Of a stretch of 64,000 nucleotides of DNA, positions 1 to 28,387 are shown one piece after another (within the stretch, counting starts at the first letter, position 1; the number at the start of each line of letters is the position of its first letter). The position numbers and the translations under genes were made by a program. The stretch lies in NCBI RefSeq assembly GCF_006345805.1, contig NC_043012.1:11036001-11100000 (forward strand). Direction: 5' to 3'. The DNA is from Octopus sinensis (Eukaryota). The notes under the pieces were generated by a model. That model saw only the letters and a program-made list of their open reading frames with translations, was not told where the DNA came from and made no database searches.

Positions 1-360
1 GGTAGTAGTAATAGTAGTGGTAGCGGTAGTAGTAGTAATAGTAGCGATAGTAGTAGTTTTGTTGCTGGTGTTTTTGTGGTTGTTAAGAAAGCCGAAACGA
101 AACCAATTCAATGCTTTTTCTCTCTTCGTTTAAATGGTCAAAGTTAGATTGACATTGAGTGACGGTTTAAACTTGGTCGTTATTTAACTCCAAGACTAAG
201 GCACACCGACCTACCTATAAACAAAACACCAGCCATTCCAACGATAACCATGTCGTATTTTCGTCTGGACCGGAGTATACTCCGGGCAGCATTAATTACC
301 CTATTTGATTGAAGACACGTGGATGTATGTATTTATACTTGTTAATAAGTGTACATCTGT

Positions 361-505
361 GAGGCGACGAGTTGGCAGAGTCGTTAGCACGCCGGACAAA
401 AAGCCTTAGGTTCCCATTTCAAATTCTGCTCAGGGCAATGTTGCATTTCATCCTTTAGCAATCGATAAAATAAGTACCAGGTGGACACTGGGGGTCGACT
501 CCAGT
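361..505 (+). mobile_element. SINE family B, internally deleted
   Basis: GTTGGCAGAGTCGTTAGCACGCCGG head; TTTCATCCT..TCGATAAAATAAGTACCAG core. Confidence 0.7.
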
Positions 506-669
506 ATCACAGTAGAATGGTTAACACACACACACACACACATCACAGATTACCATACACACCCACTTGGTCTTTACTTTCCCTGGAAAGATAGGAGTGT
601 CTCATTAACATAAGTACCGATAATAAACAGTGGATATATTTGTGAGTGTATATATATATAGTTAAGTGG

Positions 670-1060
670 TGGTGAACATGATATAAGAATTGAAACAAAT
701 ATTAATCAACATCCTGAAAATTATAATTGTTGTTAAGAGGTTAACTATTGACTTTAAGGGTTAATTCTGTTCAAGATATGGAAGGGAGGCAACTTTGAAA
801 TGATATAGGAACTAAAACAAATATTTATTAACATCCAGGAAAATTACAATTGTTCAGAGGTTAAGACACAAACTATAAACATTAAGGGTTAACTCTGTTC
901 AAGATATGGAAGGGAAGCAACTTTGATATGATATAGGAACTGAAACAAATATTAAGATCCACGAAAATTGCACTCGATGTTAAGAGGTTGAGAGACAAAT
1001 TTTTTACTTTAAGGGTTAATTCTGTTCAAGATGTGAAAGGGAGGCAACTTTGATATAACA
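670..1060. repeat. Degenerate tandem repeat, about 126-129 bp x about 3
   Basis: CTGTTCAAGAT at about 767, 896 and 1022; AAACAAATATT at about 693, 815 and 944. Confidence 0.85.
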
Positions 1061-1674
1061 GTTTCAGAGATGTTTTGCTCTTATCAGAGCTCTTCAATGA
1101 AGTATGGTTGTAAGAGTTCTTTACAAATTTGTGTCATTGTAATTGGCATTTGTCATTTATATGGGACAAATACCTGCATTCCTCTTCCCTAATATTTTCA
1201 GTATTGAATTTTCTTTTGTCATTGAGTGTGTGTATTATTGATAGTGGTGGTGGTGGTAGTGGTTGTGATGGTTGTTGTTGTTATAGAAGCGGTGGTGGTG
1301 GTGGTAGTTACTATGTAACCAGAAATCTGTTGCCAATTTGGCAAAGAACAGCCTGCGTACACAAGCAGTTTGGCTCCAAACTTCCCGATTGGCATCAAAT
1401 CCAAGAGTCACCTTTTTGTAGCCCTTGTTAAGCCCTATCTACACTTTGTTATGGGAGGTGGGGGTTATATTATAAGGGGGATGGCGGATGAAGGGATTAA
1501 AGCATGCCGGTGGTGATGGTGGTGGGGAAGAGTGGTGGCAGTGGCGACGATGGAGGTGGTGTTGGTGATGGTGGTGATGTTGGTGGTGGTTATGAATTGT
1601 GGTATAAATAGTTTGACAGCCTTGAAAGGAACAAGGTTTTGCGTATGTTTGTCTGTGTTTCGTCTGCTGCTGTT

Positions 1675-2210
1675 AGAGAAAGAAAGAAAGGTAAGAAGAA
1701 GTAAAAAGAAAACGAAGAGGGAGGGGAAAGGGGGAGAGAGAATGTGAGAAAGAAATGAAGAGAGAGAGAGAAAGGGAGGGAGGGAAAGAGAGAGAGAGAG
1801 AAAGTGAGACAGAGAATGAGTCAATAAATAAATGAAAGATAAGATAGAAAGAGAGAGGAAGAGAGAGAGAGAGAGAGAGAGAGTGAGTGGATTGAAGCGA
1901 AAGCGTTAGAGTTAGGAAGTGTTGGAATGAGACAGAAAGAGATGAGAGAGAGAGAGGAGAGAGTATGGAGTGAGAGAGTGAGAGTGAATGAGTGAGTGAG
2001 TGAGTGAGTGAGAGATATAAGGAAGGGTTTAGAGTGACTAAACGCACGAAATAAGGAAAGGATGAAGCAAACCGTAGTAAGCGAGGGATGAGTAAGGAAG
2101 TAAGAGTCTTGGAGATAAGGAAATAAACTGGGTTGGTGCGAAAGAGAGGGAGAGAGAGAGGGGGGGAGAGGAGGAGAGGGGAGAAAGAAAGGAAGAAAGA
2201 AAGAAAGAAG
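1675..2210. repeat. Polypurine (GA/GAA/GAGT) low-complexity tract
   Basis: About 530 bp almost entirely A/G on the plus strand. Confidence 0.9.
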
Positions 2211-2299
2211 CTGTGTTTTGTAATTCAATGTAGGTTTACAAACTGATGCTATTTCAAGAATTGGTCCTTATCAGACTTAGTTGGCTGACTGACTGCATA

Positions 2300-2487
2300 G
2301 CACGAGTGTGTGCGTGTGTGTGTATTGATACATACATACATACACACACACATATATATATATATATACATAAATATACACATACATGCAACTATATATA
2401 TGTGTGTATACGTGCAATTGTACACATACAGTGATGGTGTAATGTATACATAGACACACCATGTAGTTTACACACACACACACACAT
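2300..2487. repeat. Compound (GT)/(CA)/(TA) microsatellite
   Basis: Directly visible. Confidence 0.9.
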
Positions 2488-2650
2488 AGGTGTGGCTGTG
2501 TGGTAAGAAGCTTGCTTCCCAACCACATGGTTCCAGGTTCAGTCCCACCGTGTGGCACCTTGGGCAAGTATCTTCTACTATAGCCTTGGGTAGACTAAAG
2601 CCTTGTGAGTGAATTTGGTAGATGGAAACTGAAAGAAGCCCATCGTATAC
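2488..2650 (+). mobile_element. SINE family A, head part
   Basis: TGGCTGTGTGG A box, GGTTCAGTCCC B box, CCTTGGGCAAGT core-like motif. Confidence 0.8.
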
Positions 2651-2844
2651 ATACATATATATATATATATGGATAATAAAGTGAATGGTTTTCACCTGGT
2701 AGCTCAGTGGATACTCCTGAACCAGTTTTGGTGTGTCCCACCCAAGAGGAATCGATGCTAGATGTGTGGAAACAATTGTTGTGATTAATAATATATTCTC
2801 CTATATTCCATCTTTTGACTTTCATTTGTTATTATATATGTATT

Positions 2845-3040
2845 CTTTTACTCTTTTACTTGTTTCAGTCATTTGACTGCAGCCATGCTGGAGCACTGCC
2901 TTTAGTCAAACAAATCGATCCTAGGACTTATTCTATCAGTCACTTTTGCCAAACCGCTAATTTACGGGGATGTAAACACACCGACATCGGTTGACAAGCG
3001 ATGGTGGGGGGACAAACACAGACACACACACACACACACG
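2845..3040 (-). mobile_element. SINE family A, tail part
   Basis: TTGTTTCAGTCATTTGACTGC.GCCATGCTGGAGCAC motif shared with full copies. Confidence 0.8.
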
Positions 3041-3599
3041 TGTGTGTATGTATATATATATACAATGGGTTTTTTTTCAGGCCAATAGAGTAAGTACCAG
3101 TTGAGCAGTGGGTCAATATATTTAACTTACGCTCTCCCCTGAAATTCCTGGTCATGTGCCAAAATTTGAAACCAATATTTAGGTAATGTGTTTAATTCTG
3201 AGAGATAGCAACATGTAGATGCTTCTTTGCTCATTATACGGTTTGTCTTTGGTCATGTAGACCTGGTGGGGGTCCATCTTCCTTCAAGCCTGAGTACAAC
3301 TCATTTCTTCCAACCAGATGGTTCATGTTGGCCATGGATATGAAATTGCTGCAGTTTACCTGGGAACTTTTATTTGCCCTGACTGCTGATTTCACCATGG
3401 AAGTCAATCACCCTGTGGTACTGTGCTAAGGAAGTATTATTTTATTACTTTATGGAATGGACAATGTTAGCAATTTGTTTGTAAGTTGCAAGCATTCATG
3501 ATACTTGAAGTTTTTATCACTAATGTTACTTTCCTTCGCGGTAACTTTACATTAAGGAGTGGAACTTACAATTTCTTGTAAGGCTATCTCATGGTCCCA

Positions 3600-4380
3600 G
3601 CAGACAAAATGGAAAAAAGCATTGCTCTGTAGGATGGCGAGGTAGATGTGCTGAACAGCCACTAAGGTTCACGGGACTTGCACTTGCGGAAAGCTATCTC
3701 TACCCTGATAATGGTGAGCAGGGATATGGTCTGGGGCAAGAATGCTGGAGGTCTCCACTGCCACAGCTACTTTGACTCACAGGGCTTGCATGTGGTGGAC
3801 AAGCACCTCTGCCCTGATAGCAGTGAACAATATGGTCCAGGGGTCAAGAATGCCAGAGATCTCCATAATCACAGGCTTAACGATGAACCCATCAAAAAGC
3901 AATCAATACTTGGACAGTTTGCTTTTCTCAGCCTGGTTGTTGAACACACAGAGTTGCTGTGGAGAAGGTACTGTGTTAATAATGCTATCCCCTCATTTAT
4001 TTTTTCGTCTGTTAGCTGAAGTAGTTTACCAAACTATGGCAATTAAGAACCACATGTGAGAGATTTAACAAATGGATAAGGATCATGATGCCTGTCCACC
4101 CTCAATTAAGGTGCAGCACACTAGCACTCAAATAGGTCTCCTCTAATCATACTGCAGAATGGTTAGATTGGTAGACAACCAACCTCTTCGCTGGTTGGCC
4201 AGCTGTGGGATGAAAGAGACCTCATGACAGGCCCCACAGAAGATGGCTGGATGTAATTGGGGATGATCTCCAGAGGCTCAATATCATCTTGAAGGATGCA
4301 GGGGAGCTGGTAAGGGACCACCAGCTGTGGAGAGCAATGGTAGACTTGGTCAGCTCTACATATGAAGTTGTCTCTGGGAC
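3600..4380 (+). mobile_element. Heavily degenerate RTE-like LINE fragment
   Basis: Broken frames give YCRM..QPLRWL and G*KRPHDRPHRRWLDVIGDDLQRLNI..VRDHQLWRAMV (RTE C-terminal GRPxxRW..DRxxWR pattern). The left boundary is uncertain. Confidence 0.6.
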
Positions 4381-5749
4381 CAATAATCTGGGATGATCCC
4401 AGCCTTATCAAGCAAGAGGTCAGAGGTTTGTATCTTAGAAGTTCCAGTTTCATTACCTAACAGTGCATATAAACAGGGTCTGTGCCCACATGGTAGGGAA
4501 AACTTACAACAGTAGATTCATATCAACTGTGGTATAATCTACCAACACCTCATTAACTCACTGTACTGAGTTCAAATACTATTGTGGAATGGCTCCTGCA
4601 AAATCTTTCATTGGATTATGAGGTAACAACCAACTTTTCCCTGGTACCTAGCAACAACCAACAAAATTATGGAGGACTGCCTAGAGAGGATACTTATCAT
4701 TGTTGTTTTCACCGAGACACTCCAACCATGACAATCTGGTCTTCCATTCAAAAATTATCTCATATTACAATTCCAAAACAAAATGTGGTTGAAGGGAAGT
4801 TTGGGTGTTATTTCTAGAAATTTGAATGGATCCCCTCATTGAATAGATTTATTTAAAAGTGTTTCAATGTTGCAAATTCAGCATATTTGATTATTTTCTG
4901 AACGAATTGTTGTTTAGCCTAGAGTCACCAATTGAGCAAACCCCTGATCAAAAGCATTCCAGCTATGACCATCCTACCTTTTAAGTTATGTAGAACTACA
5001 TTATCTAATGCAAAATTTCTTTTTTCCTAAGCAGCAAGATGTAGCAATCTGAGGAAAAATTTAGCTACTATTTCTAGCATGTTCAATTTGAACTCTTTGT
5101 TGGCAGGAATGAACAAATGGACAAGGCTGATGAAATTTGTGAATTTATATAGAGGGTGTATACAACCATTAAGATTAGAGGGAAGGTAACTTCTGTAATA
5201 ATAATCAATAAGACAGAGAGAGGACATAAGTTAAATCTTGGGTCAAACTTTGTGGATTGTTGGAGAGAAAAAAAAACTGCCACTCAGTCTTAGAAATATC
5301 TATATTTTTTTCTTTTTTAGTGGTGAATATAAAATATGTGATGTGCCAACAGTTGTGACCTTATGAAATGAATTTATGTTCTCTCTTGTCTATAGACCAT
5401 GTCTGAAATACTCATTAGTTAAACACATCAGCCACTAGGCCCCGCTTATTTCTGTAAATACAACCATTTAAAAATACATAAATAAAAACAAATAATTCAA
5501 AAATAATTTTTCTTTTATTATTTCAGATATTTGAGGAATGTCTATCAAAGAGAGTCGAGTTCCTGGGAAATTAAGTCTATAATTCAATTTTAGTTTGTTA
5601 CCATTGGAGTTCGAGTTTTTGAGGATCAACTGACTACCATCTCTGTAAAGGCCACCATCAATATAAGATCATTACATGGCCACTTTTTATCCATAAGCTG
5701 TTGTTGAAAGGAATTTGGTATTTTTCTGGAATGCATGGTATTCCCAGTA

Positions 5750-5976
5750 TTAACCCTTTAGCATTGAAATTATTCTGTTACATATAATACTTCGTTATTC
5801 AATTGTTTTGTATTAATTATACATCATCTCATACCTGTGAGATTTTGGTACAGTGGTTGTTTATTTTCAGATTGACATCGTAGGATAGGTGTGAGAGACC
5901 AGATCTGGCTGGTTTGAGCATAGAACGGGTAGAATATTTTGGTCGGATATGGCAGGTTTAAAAAATAAAAGATTAA
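5750..5976. mobile_element. piggyBac-type MITE (family E), uninterrupted, decayed
   Basis: TTAA|CCCTTTAGCATT start; body matches the other E copies; right TIR eroded. Confidence 0.7.
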
Positions 5977-6585
5977 ACGTTACAATACCTGAATTAAATT
6001 TTACTCTGCAAAAAGTATCGAGTTCTCCAAGTCGTATGCATACACAACCACACATAGTTGTTTGAACAGACCTCAGTATATTGCTGGTACATATTTTATC
6101 AACTACAAAGGAATGATAGACAAACAACAGCCAAACATTGAGGGATTGAACTAAGCATTTCAAAGTTTGGAACTATCACCATTTTATTTTGACACTCTTC
6201 AGTGCAAGTCGCTTTCTGAATGTCTTTGAGATTGGAATATTGGTCGGGCATCAAACAAGTTTACTAGTTTCTGAATGTACAGACAACCAATTTCTAGTTA
6301 CTTCTTTTAACCAGGTATCATTTTAATTATTTTTTTGCCTCTAAGAGGTTCACAAAATGGTCTTGTTAAATGCTTATTGTTTCATTATCCAACAGCAAGT
6401 GGAAAAAAAAAAAAAACCCAGTTTCAACCAAGAATAGAAACTCACTTTCAGCTTTCATTCTAACGTGGGAGTGGGGTATAGGATCTCTTCCTGCTACTTC
6501 ACACCTTTTATCACAAATATAGTTAATAGTCGAGTTCATAAAATAAATTTCAGTATAAACAGGTCTCAATTTTTGGGGTGTGGCA

Positions 6586-22631
<16,046 letters not shown>

Positions 22632-24459
22632 GTTGGTGAGAAATGTCCTGTTAGAGTTACCTCCCCTTAACACGTGCGCTTCCAGGGTGGACAAAAACAC
22701 TCGGATCGATTTCATCGGATTCTCTACAGCCAAATCAATAAATTAATGTTGCCACAACATTAGTAATCCTTATATCTTACACTGGCGTAAGGCTGTGGGT
22801 AAGTTGGGTATAATATTAGTATTCTTATTTTAATCTTCTCCGGGATCGGTGAAAAATAAAATCAACATCGAAGAATGTAATTAAATATTGTTTGGTAGTT
22901 AAGTTAGTCCGGTTGGCACTTCTGCTACTTGCTTTACTCCACCGTCTTTTACTAATTTTTGATTCCATATTTTGTATCTAGGTGTGTGGTATCGTAGAGT
23001 TAGGTCTGCATATTGTAACAAATTTATTTAATTTCTTTAAGTCTTTCTCGTCTTTCGATCTATGAAACTCATATTTTTATGAATGAAACAAAGCAAAGCG
23101 GAAGCACGTGGAAAATATTTAATACATTGAACAATACATACAATATATAGTTTGTGAATTGTAATGATTGCTTTCATAGTCATTAGGCTAAGTAAGACGA
23201 ATGTTCGATAAAAGTCGATGCACAAAATCTTCCAAGTATGTTAAGTTTTTTTTTTAAGTTACGGAAATTACCGAATAATTACGGAAATAATGCTTGTCAA
23301 TTTATTAAAAAAAAAAAAAGAAAAAAGAAAATCAAGTTCACAAACAATATTTTGTATAATATATACATTCGTATGTAAAAGATTTATATTTTCATACGGT
23401 AGACTTAAAACAATTTTATTTCTTTGGAAATTCCAAATTTTTCAAAGAACAAAATTATGAATTAAGGACGCTTATCTTCAAGAACGCACAAATCAATTTA
23501 AGTTGTAAATCTTTCAACGACAGGGTCCTTAATTTTGTTTTAGATATATTAGCTCATCATATGTTTACATTCTATCGCTGTTTTAAACATTAAAATCAAG
23601 GTTAGCTGAGGGTTAACAGAATAGTGGCAAACCAACCGAACAGTTAGTAATTCTTTTATCATCATCAACCGCTGCTTTCTGCAATAGTCCAATATTGTTT
23701 TATATTTCTCTCATCTACATAACAGAAACCGGCCGCGAACCATGATCCCTTGAATCCTCGAAATTCAGGAAAAGAGAAAAAAATATCTAAATTTTAGAAA
23801 CGAACTAATTATCGGTAAGAAGTTCTATGCTTTCTTGACGGGTGCATCTCTGCAGCCCATAGTACCATTGTATTTTGTCTTCGTAGAAAACTAGAATTTA
23901 AAAGGGGAAAAGTGATTTTGTGACGTTCGTGCTTTTCTTCTCCCAGTGGTATTGGGAGAATGGAATTAGCAAAATAACATGTGAAGTGAGAATCGAAACC
24001 GCTCTCTTTCTGCTTTGGCAAAAAGTTTTATGCTTTGTGTGAAAACGTTTATTGTTAACGATTTCTATCTTTAAAATAATTGTCGGAAGAAGGTATAATA
24101 ATCGATCTTAATCTACCTTTGTACTATATTGGTTTATCATTTCATCGATCCTAGAGAGTGAAAGGAGAAAAATCAGCCTCGGCAGAATTTGAACTCGGAA
24201 CTTAACGGGGCATGACTTGATATCACAAGCAATTGTCTGGCGCTTTGTCAATTAATTGTGTCACTTTGACATTAATTTATCAAATGTTATTAACGGCATG
24301 TTTGAGGTGAAACGGTTTCTTGTCAGGCCTCGAAATAAACACCCCATTGTCATCTTTTATGGAATTTATGCGTTTGACTCTCTCGCTTGCAACCCATAAA
24401 TAATATTAATCCCTTGTTACAAGAACAATAACGACATAACCAACTTACATTAAAGCCTT
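22632..24459. promoter_or_regulatory. Putative bidirectional promoter between the SDR and FHA genes
   Basis: Divergent ATGs 1.83 kb apart; E-boxes CACGTG at 22671 and 23105; AT-rich with few repeats. Confidence 0.5.
24120..24250 (-). mobile_element. SINE family B remnant upstream of the FHA ORF
   Basis: CCTCGGCAGAATTTGAACTCGGAAC motif. Confidence 0.55.
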
Positions 24460-25323
24460 ATGGTGGACAACAAGGCTTTGTGTTCTCCAGCGGTGGAAGC
24501 TGGATCGAATCCTATACTTCGTCATATTTCACCTATTAGTAGTGAGACTTGCTCTTGTCTTCCTTTTATGAAATTAAACAAAGGTACGACAACATTTGGT
24601 CGCCATCCCAATAATGATTTCCTAATTGATTCTTCGACCTTGAAAAACTTTATTTCACGCTGGCACTGTAAGATCGAACCTTTCTATTCGGCTGAGGGAA
24701 AAATTACTTATCGAATATTCGACTGCAGTTTAAACGGTACTTTCGTTAACGACTTCAGAATAAGCAAGGAAGGCTGTGTCTTAAAGAATGGCGACAAAAT
24801 AATATTCGGACATCTGAACGGTTCCAACATCAAAGCTGGTAGTTTCGCTCCGCAAAAAAATTCAATGTTTCAATACGCGTTTCAAGATGGTGATAATCTG
24901 TTACATTTACCAAAGACCAAAAATTTCAAATATACTTGGTCCAGCCCATGTTGCAAAAAGGGTAAGAAATGTTCTGCGGTGTATAAGAAAAAACTGACAA
25001 AATATTGCTCCCCCAAAGTGAAAAAGATAACGTCTTTCAGTAAAGATTTTAAGAGTGAGCAATTAACAAAGAAGAACCATTCTTCTCCAGCAAAAAGCAA
25101 AATGACAGATTCTTCTGAAGATACTTCCAGTCAGATACAACAGCAGAAGATATCGATACAGCGATCAACTGACTTAGTGTTTGGGAAGTACTGCGACAGC
25201 AGTGATAATAGTGAGGGCAGTGATACAAGTTTGTTGGACAAAGTGAAGTTGTCTGTGGAGAGTTTTGGTGCTATTGACAGTGATGTGTTAGACTCGAGTG
25301 ATAGTCCCAACAAGGGTTTCTAG
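24460..25323 (+). CDS. FHA-domain protein, TCF19-like N-terminus, basic/Ser-rich tail, 287 aa, single exon
   Basis: Longest non-repetitive ORF. FHA signature residues FGR, ISRWH, SLNGTFVN and LKNGDKIIFG are all present; Lys-rich NLS-like stretch (KKGKK..KKK); AATAAA at 25592. The TCF19 likeness is from memory. Confidence 0.85.
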   Translation: MVDNKALCSPAVEAGSNPILRHISPISSETCSCLPFMKLNKGTTTFGRHPNNDFLIDSSTLKNFISRWHCKIEPFYSAEGKITYRIFDCSLNGTFVNDFRISKEGCVLKNGDKIIFGHLNGSNIKAGSFAPQKNSMFQYAFQDGDNLLHLPKTKNFKYTWSSPCCKKGKKCSAVYKKKLTKYCSPKVKKITSFSKDFKSEQLTKKNHSSPAKSKMTDSSEDTSSQIQQQKISIQRSTDLVFGKYCDSSDNSEGSDTSLLDKVKLSVESFGAIDSDVLDSSDSPNKGF

Positions 25324-26179
25324 AGGAACTCTTCAAGACGAACAGACTGGATATTCTATAGACATGTGATGTTTGAAAACACTTACAAAACAAAAGTAAC
25401 CAAAACCCAACACGTGGTGGCATTGATTAACAAATCTTTGTTGATGGTGGTGATAATAATATTGTCAAATTATTACAAAGTTTTTGTATTTGATGTACGA
25501 GTTCAATTTCTACTGTGGCCTTAAGATTCTACCTCAACCACTTAGTTTAAAATATATTTTCTATGTTCAATCTCAGATAAGTCTTTGAAAAAATAAAATA
25601 TTATCGAATTTAATACAGTTGTTAGATTTTTTTTTTATTTTTCAATATTGTTAAAAGTCAAAATGAATCCCGATCTTGCGTATGAGGTCCCACGTGGGGC
25701 GATGTTTGTCTGCTTGTCGGTACGATACTTTTGATCAAGTTTTAGGCTTAACTTAAAACCTTAACCCTCTGAGCCCTGACCTCCTGAACCTTATTTCACC
25801 ATATACCTGGCACTCCACCTGTGTACTACGGTTTAAAGAGGTGCTACGGTACAGAGAAAAGTAAGCCATCCACCGGTAAAGGATTAATTATCCAAACTTC
25901 GTACAGAAACAAAAAATTGGTGCCCGGACGTTGTTGGCTTATTGAGTTGTGTTGAACTGCTGCTGTCACGTGCAGGACGTGATAGCAGTCTATTGAGTTC
26001 CACTGTATTTCTGGTGACTTTGGCAAGAAAGGTTAGCGTGGGCAAGATTGAAATGGCCGAAGATAGACATTTTCTTTTTTAGCCAGTCTTTGCGTAATGG
26101 TATGAATTCCCGTCTGTAGAATACAAATTCGTAAAAAGTTTCTGAAAATTCCTAAAAATAAGTTATGGGGTGGGGGTGG

Positions 26180-26580
26180 GGATCTTTTCGGTTTGAACGG
26201 CAGTTTTTTCTAGTGATGTCATATGAAATTGTCACCCATAATTATGACCCTAGTATCGATCTATTGCATTTCAATCTGTATTAGGGGTGGGGAGAAGGGT
26301 ATTTTTTTTTCTTCAGAAATGTAAATAAACCCAATCTGTTTCTTAAACGAGGGACATATTCATACGGCACAGAATGTTTTCACCTCAATAGACGTCATTG
26401 ATTGGTTGAAATGCAGAAATTGAAGAAAAAAAACAAATATCGTACAAACTATAGAATTTTCTCAATAAAGCCAAGAGAAAAAGATGTTTTATAAACACAT
26501 TCTACCAGTATACGAAGTTTAAAAGTGTTTTGTTACGTGGAAATTATTTTTAAAAACTGCCGTTCAAACCGAAAAGATCC
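26180..26580. mobile_element. MITE family D, full length
   Basis: Both TIRs intact; the TSD is unclear in a G-rich flank. Confidence 0.9.
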
Positions 26581-27075
26581 ATGGGGGGTTATATGGCGTG
26601 CGTAAAGCGGAATTCCACCAAATCCTGTTTTCTAACTGGGTAAAAATGATCAAATGTTATACTTCTGTAACTGTTTAAAATTTATTTTTTTCTGGAAAAC
26701 GTGATTATCTTCCGAGATTCAGCGTGGAAAATTACATCAATACATCAAATTTTAAAATTTTCACTGATGCAGCCAAACAAAAGATCCCCCCAAGATCTCA
26801 GACCTTCTCAATTTATACTTGAAATGGAAAATAAGGGCAGAAAAGGAAATGCTGTCTTGCAGCAAATTTGTTGAAAGATGGATGAAAGTGGTGAACGACC
26901 TGTTCTGCGCATGCGCTTCTAAATTTTGAGGAGGGCAGCTAAGAGCGGGTACCTTGCTCTGTGGTCAGGGTGATTGGAGCTTTTGGAGTTCCCATGATTA
27001 TTCCTCGGATATTTCCTCACTTTTGATTGTATCTTGTTATGAACTGAAAACTGTTCATAATAAAACATTAAGATA

Positions 27076-27292
27076 AGGCGGCGAACTGGCAGAATCGTTA
27101 GCACGCCGGGCATAATGCTTAGCAGCATTTCGTCCATCTTTACGTTCTGAGTTCAAATTTCGCCGAGGTCGACTTCATCTTTCGTCCTTTCGGGGTCAAT
27201 AAAATAAGTACCAGCTGAGCACTGGGGGGTCGATATAATCGACTTATCCTCTCCCCGAAATTGCTGGCCTTGTGCTAAAATTTGAAACCAAT
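27076..27292 (+). mobile_element. SINE family B
   Basis: AGGCGGCGAACTGGCAGAATCG head, GAGTTCAAATT B box, conserved core. Confidence 0.85.
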
Positions 27293-27458
27293 AAAACATT
27301 TAGATGGAAATATCGTCTTTAACTAATTAAACACTAATTAATTATAATTGACCCTAATTAATAAGCTAACTAAATTAAAATGTCTTTCCTTATTAAATGC
27401 TAACCTGACCAATTAAACTGCGATCTTGAAATTTGGTTCTAAAATGTAGCTCTAAAAT

Positions 27459-27810
27459 AGGCGTGGCTGTGTGGTAAGAAGCTTGCTTCCCTGCTACATA
27501 GTTCTAAGTTCAGTCCCACTACATGGCACCTTGCATGGCAAGTGTCGTCACCTATAGCCTCGGACTGACCAAAGCTTTGTGACTGCATTTGGTAGACAGA
27601 AACTGAAAGAAGCCCATCGTATGTAGATATATAAGTGTGTGTGTGTGTTTGTTTTCCACGTCCCTTGGCAGCTCAGCAAAAGGGGCCAATAGAATAAGTA
27701 CCAGGCTTTACAAAAAGAATAAGTACAGGGCGTTGTTAAGTTCGACTGAAATTCTTCAAGGCGTTGCCCCAGCATGGCCGCATCTAATGACTGAAACAAG
27801 AAAAAGATAA
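27459..27810 (+). mobile_element. SINE family A, diverged variant
   Basis: GGCGTGGCTGTGTGGTAAGAAGCTTGC head and ATGACTGAAACAAG tail. Confidence 0.75.
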
Positions 27811-27974
27811 TAGGTAAAAAAAAGTCAATTAAAGAAATTAATTAAATACGTTGCTGGTGTGACTGTGTTGCTGAGAAGGCCTCAATCGCTTCGCGGATGA
27901 AATTCGGTAACGACATTGCACTCAGTGCAGCGAACAAAAAACAGGAGGACTTAGCTTTTTGATATAATAAATTA

Positions 27975-28297
27975 ATAAAAACATCTTTTTTTCTTTGCTT
28001 TATTGAGAAAATTCTATTGTTTGTAAGATATTTGTTGTTTTTTTTGCTTCAATTTCTGCAATTTCAACCAATCAATGACGTCTATTGAGGTAAAAAAAAC
28101 ATTCTGTGCCGTATGAATATGTCCCTCGTTTAAGAAACAGATTGGGTTTATTTACATTTGTGAAGAAAAAAGATACCCTTCCCCCCACCCCTAACCCTAA
28201 AACAGATTGAAATGCAATCGATACTAGGGTCAGAATTATGGGTGACAATTTCATATGACACCGCTAGAAAAAACTGCCATTCAAACCGAAAAGATCC
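27975..28297. mobile_element. MITE family D, inverted orientation, one end missing
   Basis: Reverse complement of the 8967 and 26180 copies; only one TIR present. Confidence 0.85.
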
Positions 28298-28387
28298 ATA
28301 CAATCAGGGGCCTTATAAAAACTATTTTTAGTTTTAATAACAGTAATATGTAAGCCATTTTAGTTTTAATATGAGTAATGTGTAAAG

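Noticed and set aside
270-285. Perfect 16-bp palindrome CCGGAGTATACTCCGG
   Set aside because: Single occurrence within what looks like an old dispersed repeat; nothing links it to a function.
1129-2825. Cluster of ORFs rich in S/L/H/T/Y/I runs
   Set aside because: These are translations of GA, GGT, CA and TA microsatellites and of SINE A.
22653-22666. Motif AGAGTTA(C/T)CTCCC just upstream of the SDR ATG, also near 9795 (minus) and 33097
   Set aside because: Only three loose copies in unrelated contexts; cannot separate a regulatory motif from repeat debris without genome-wide counts.
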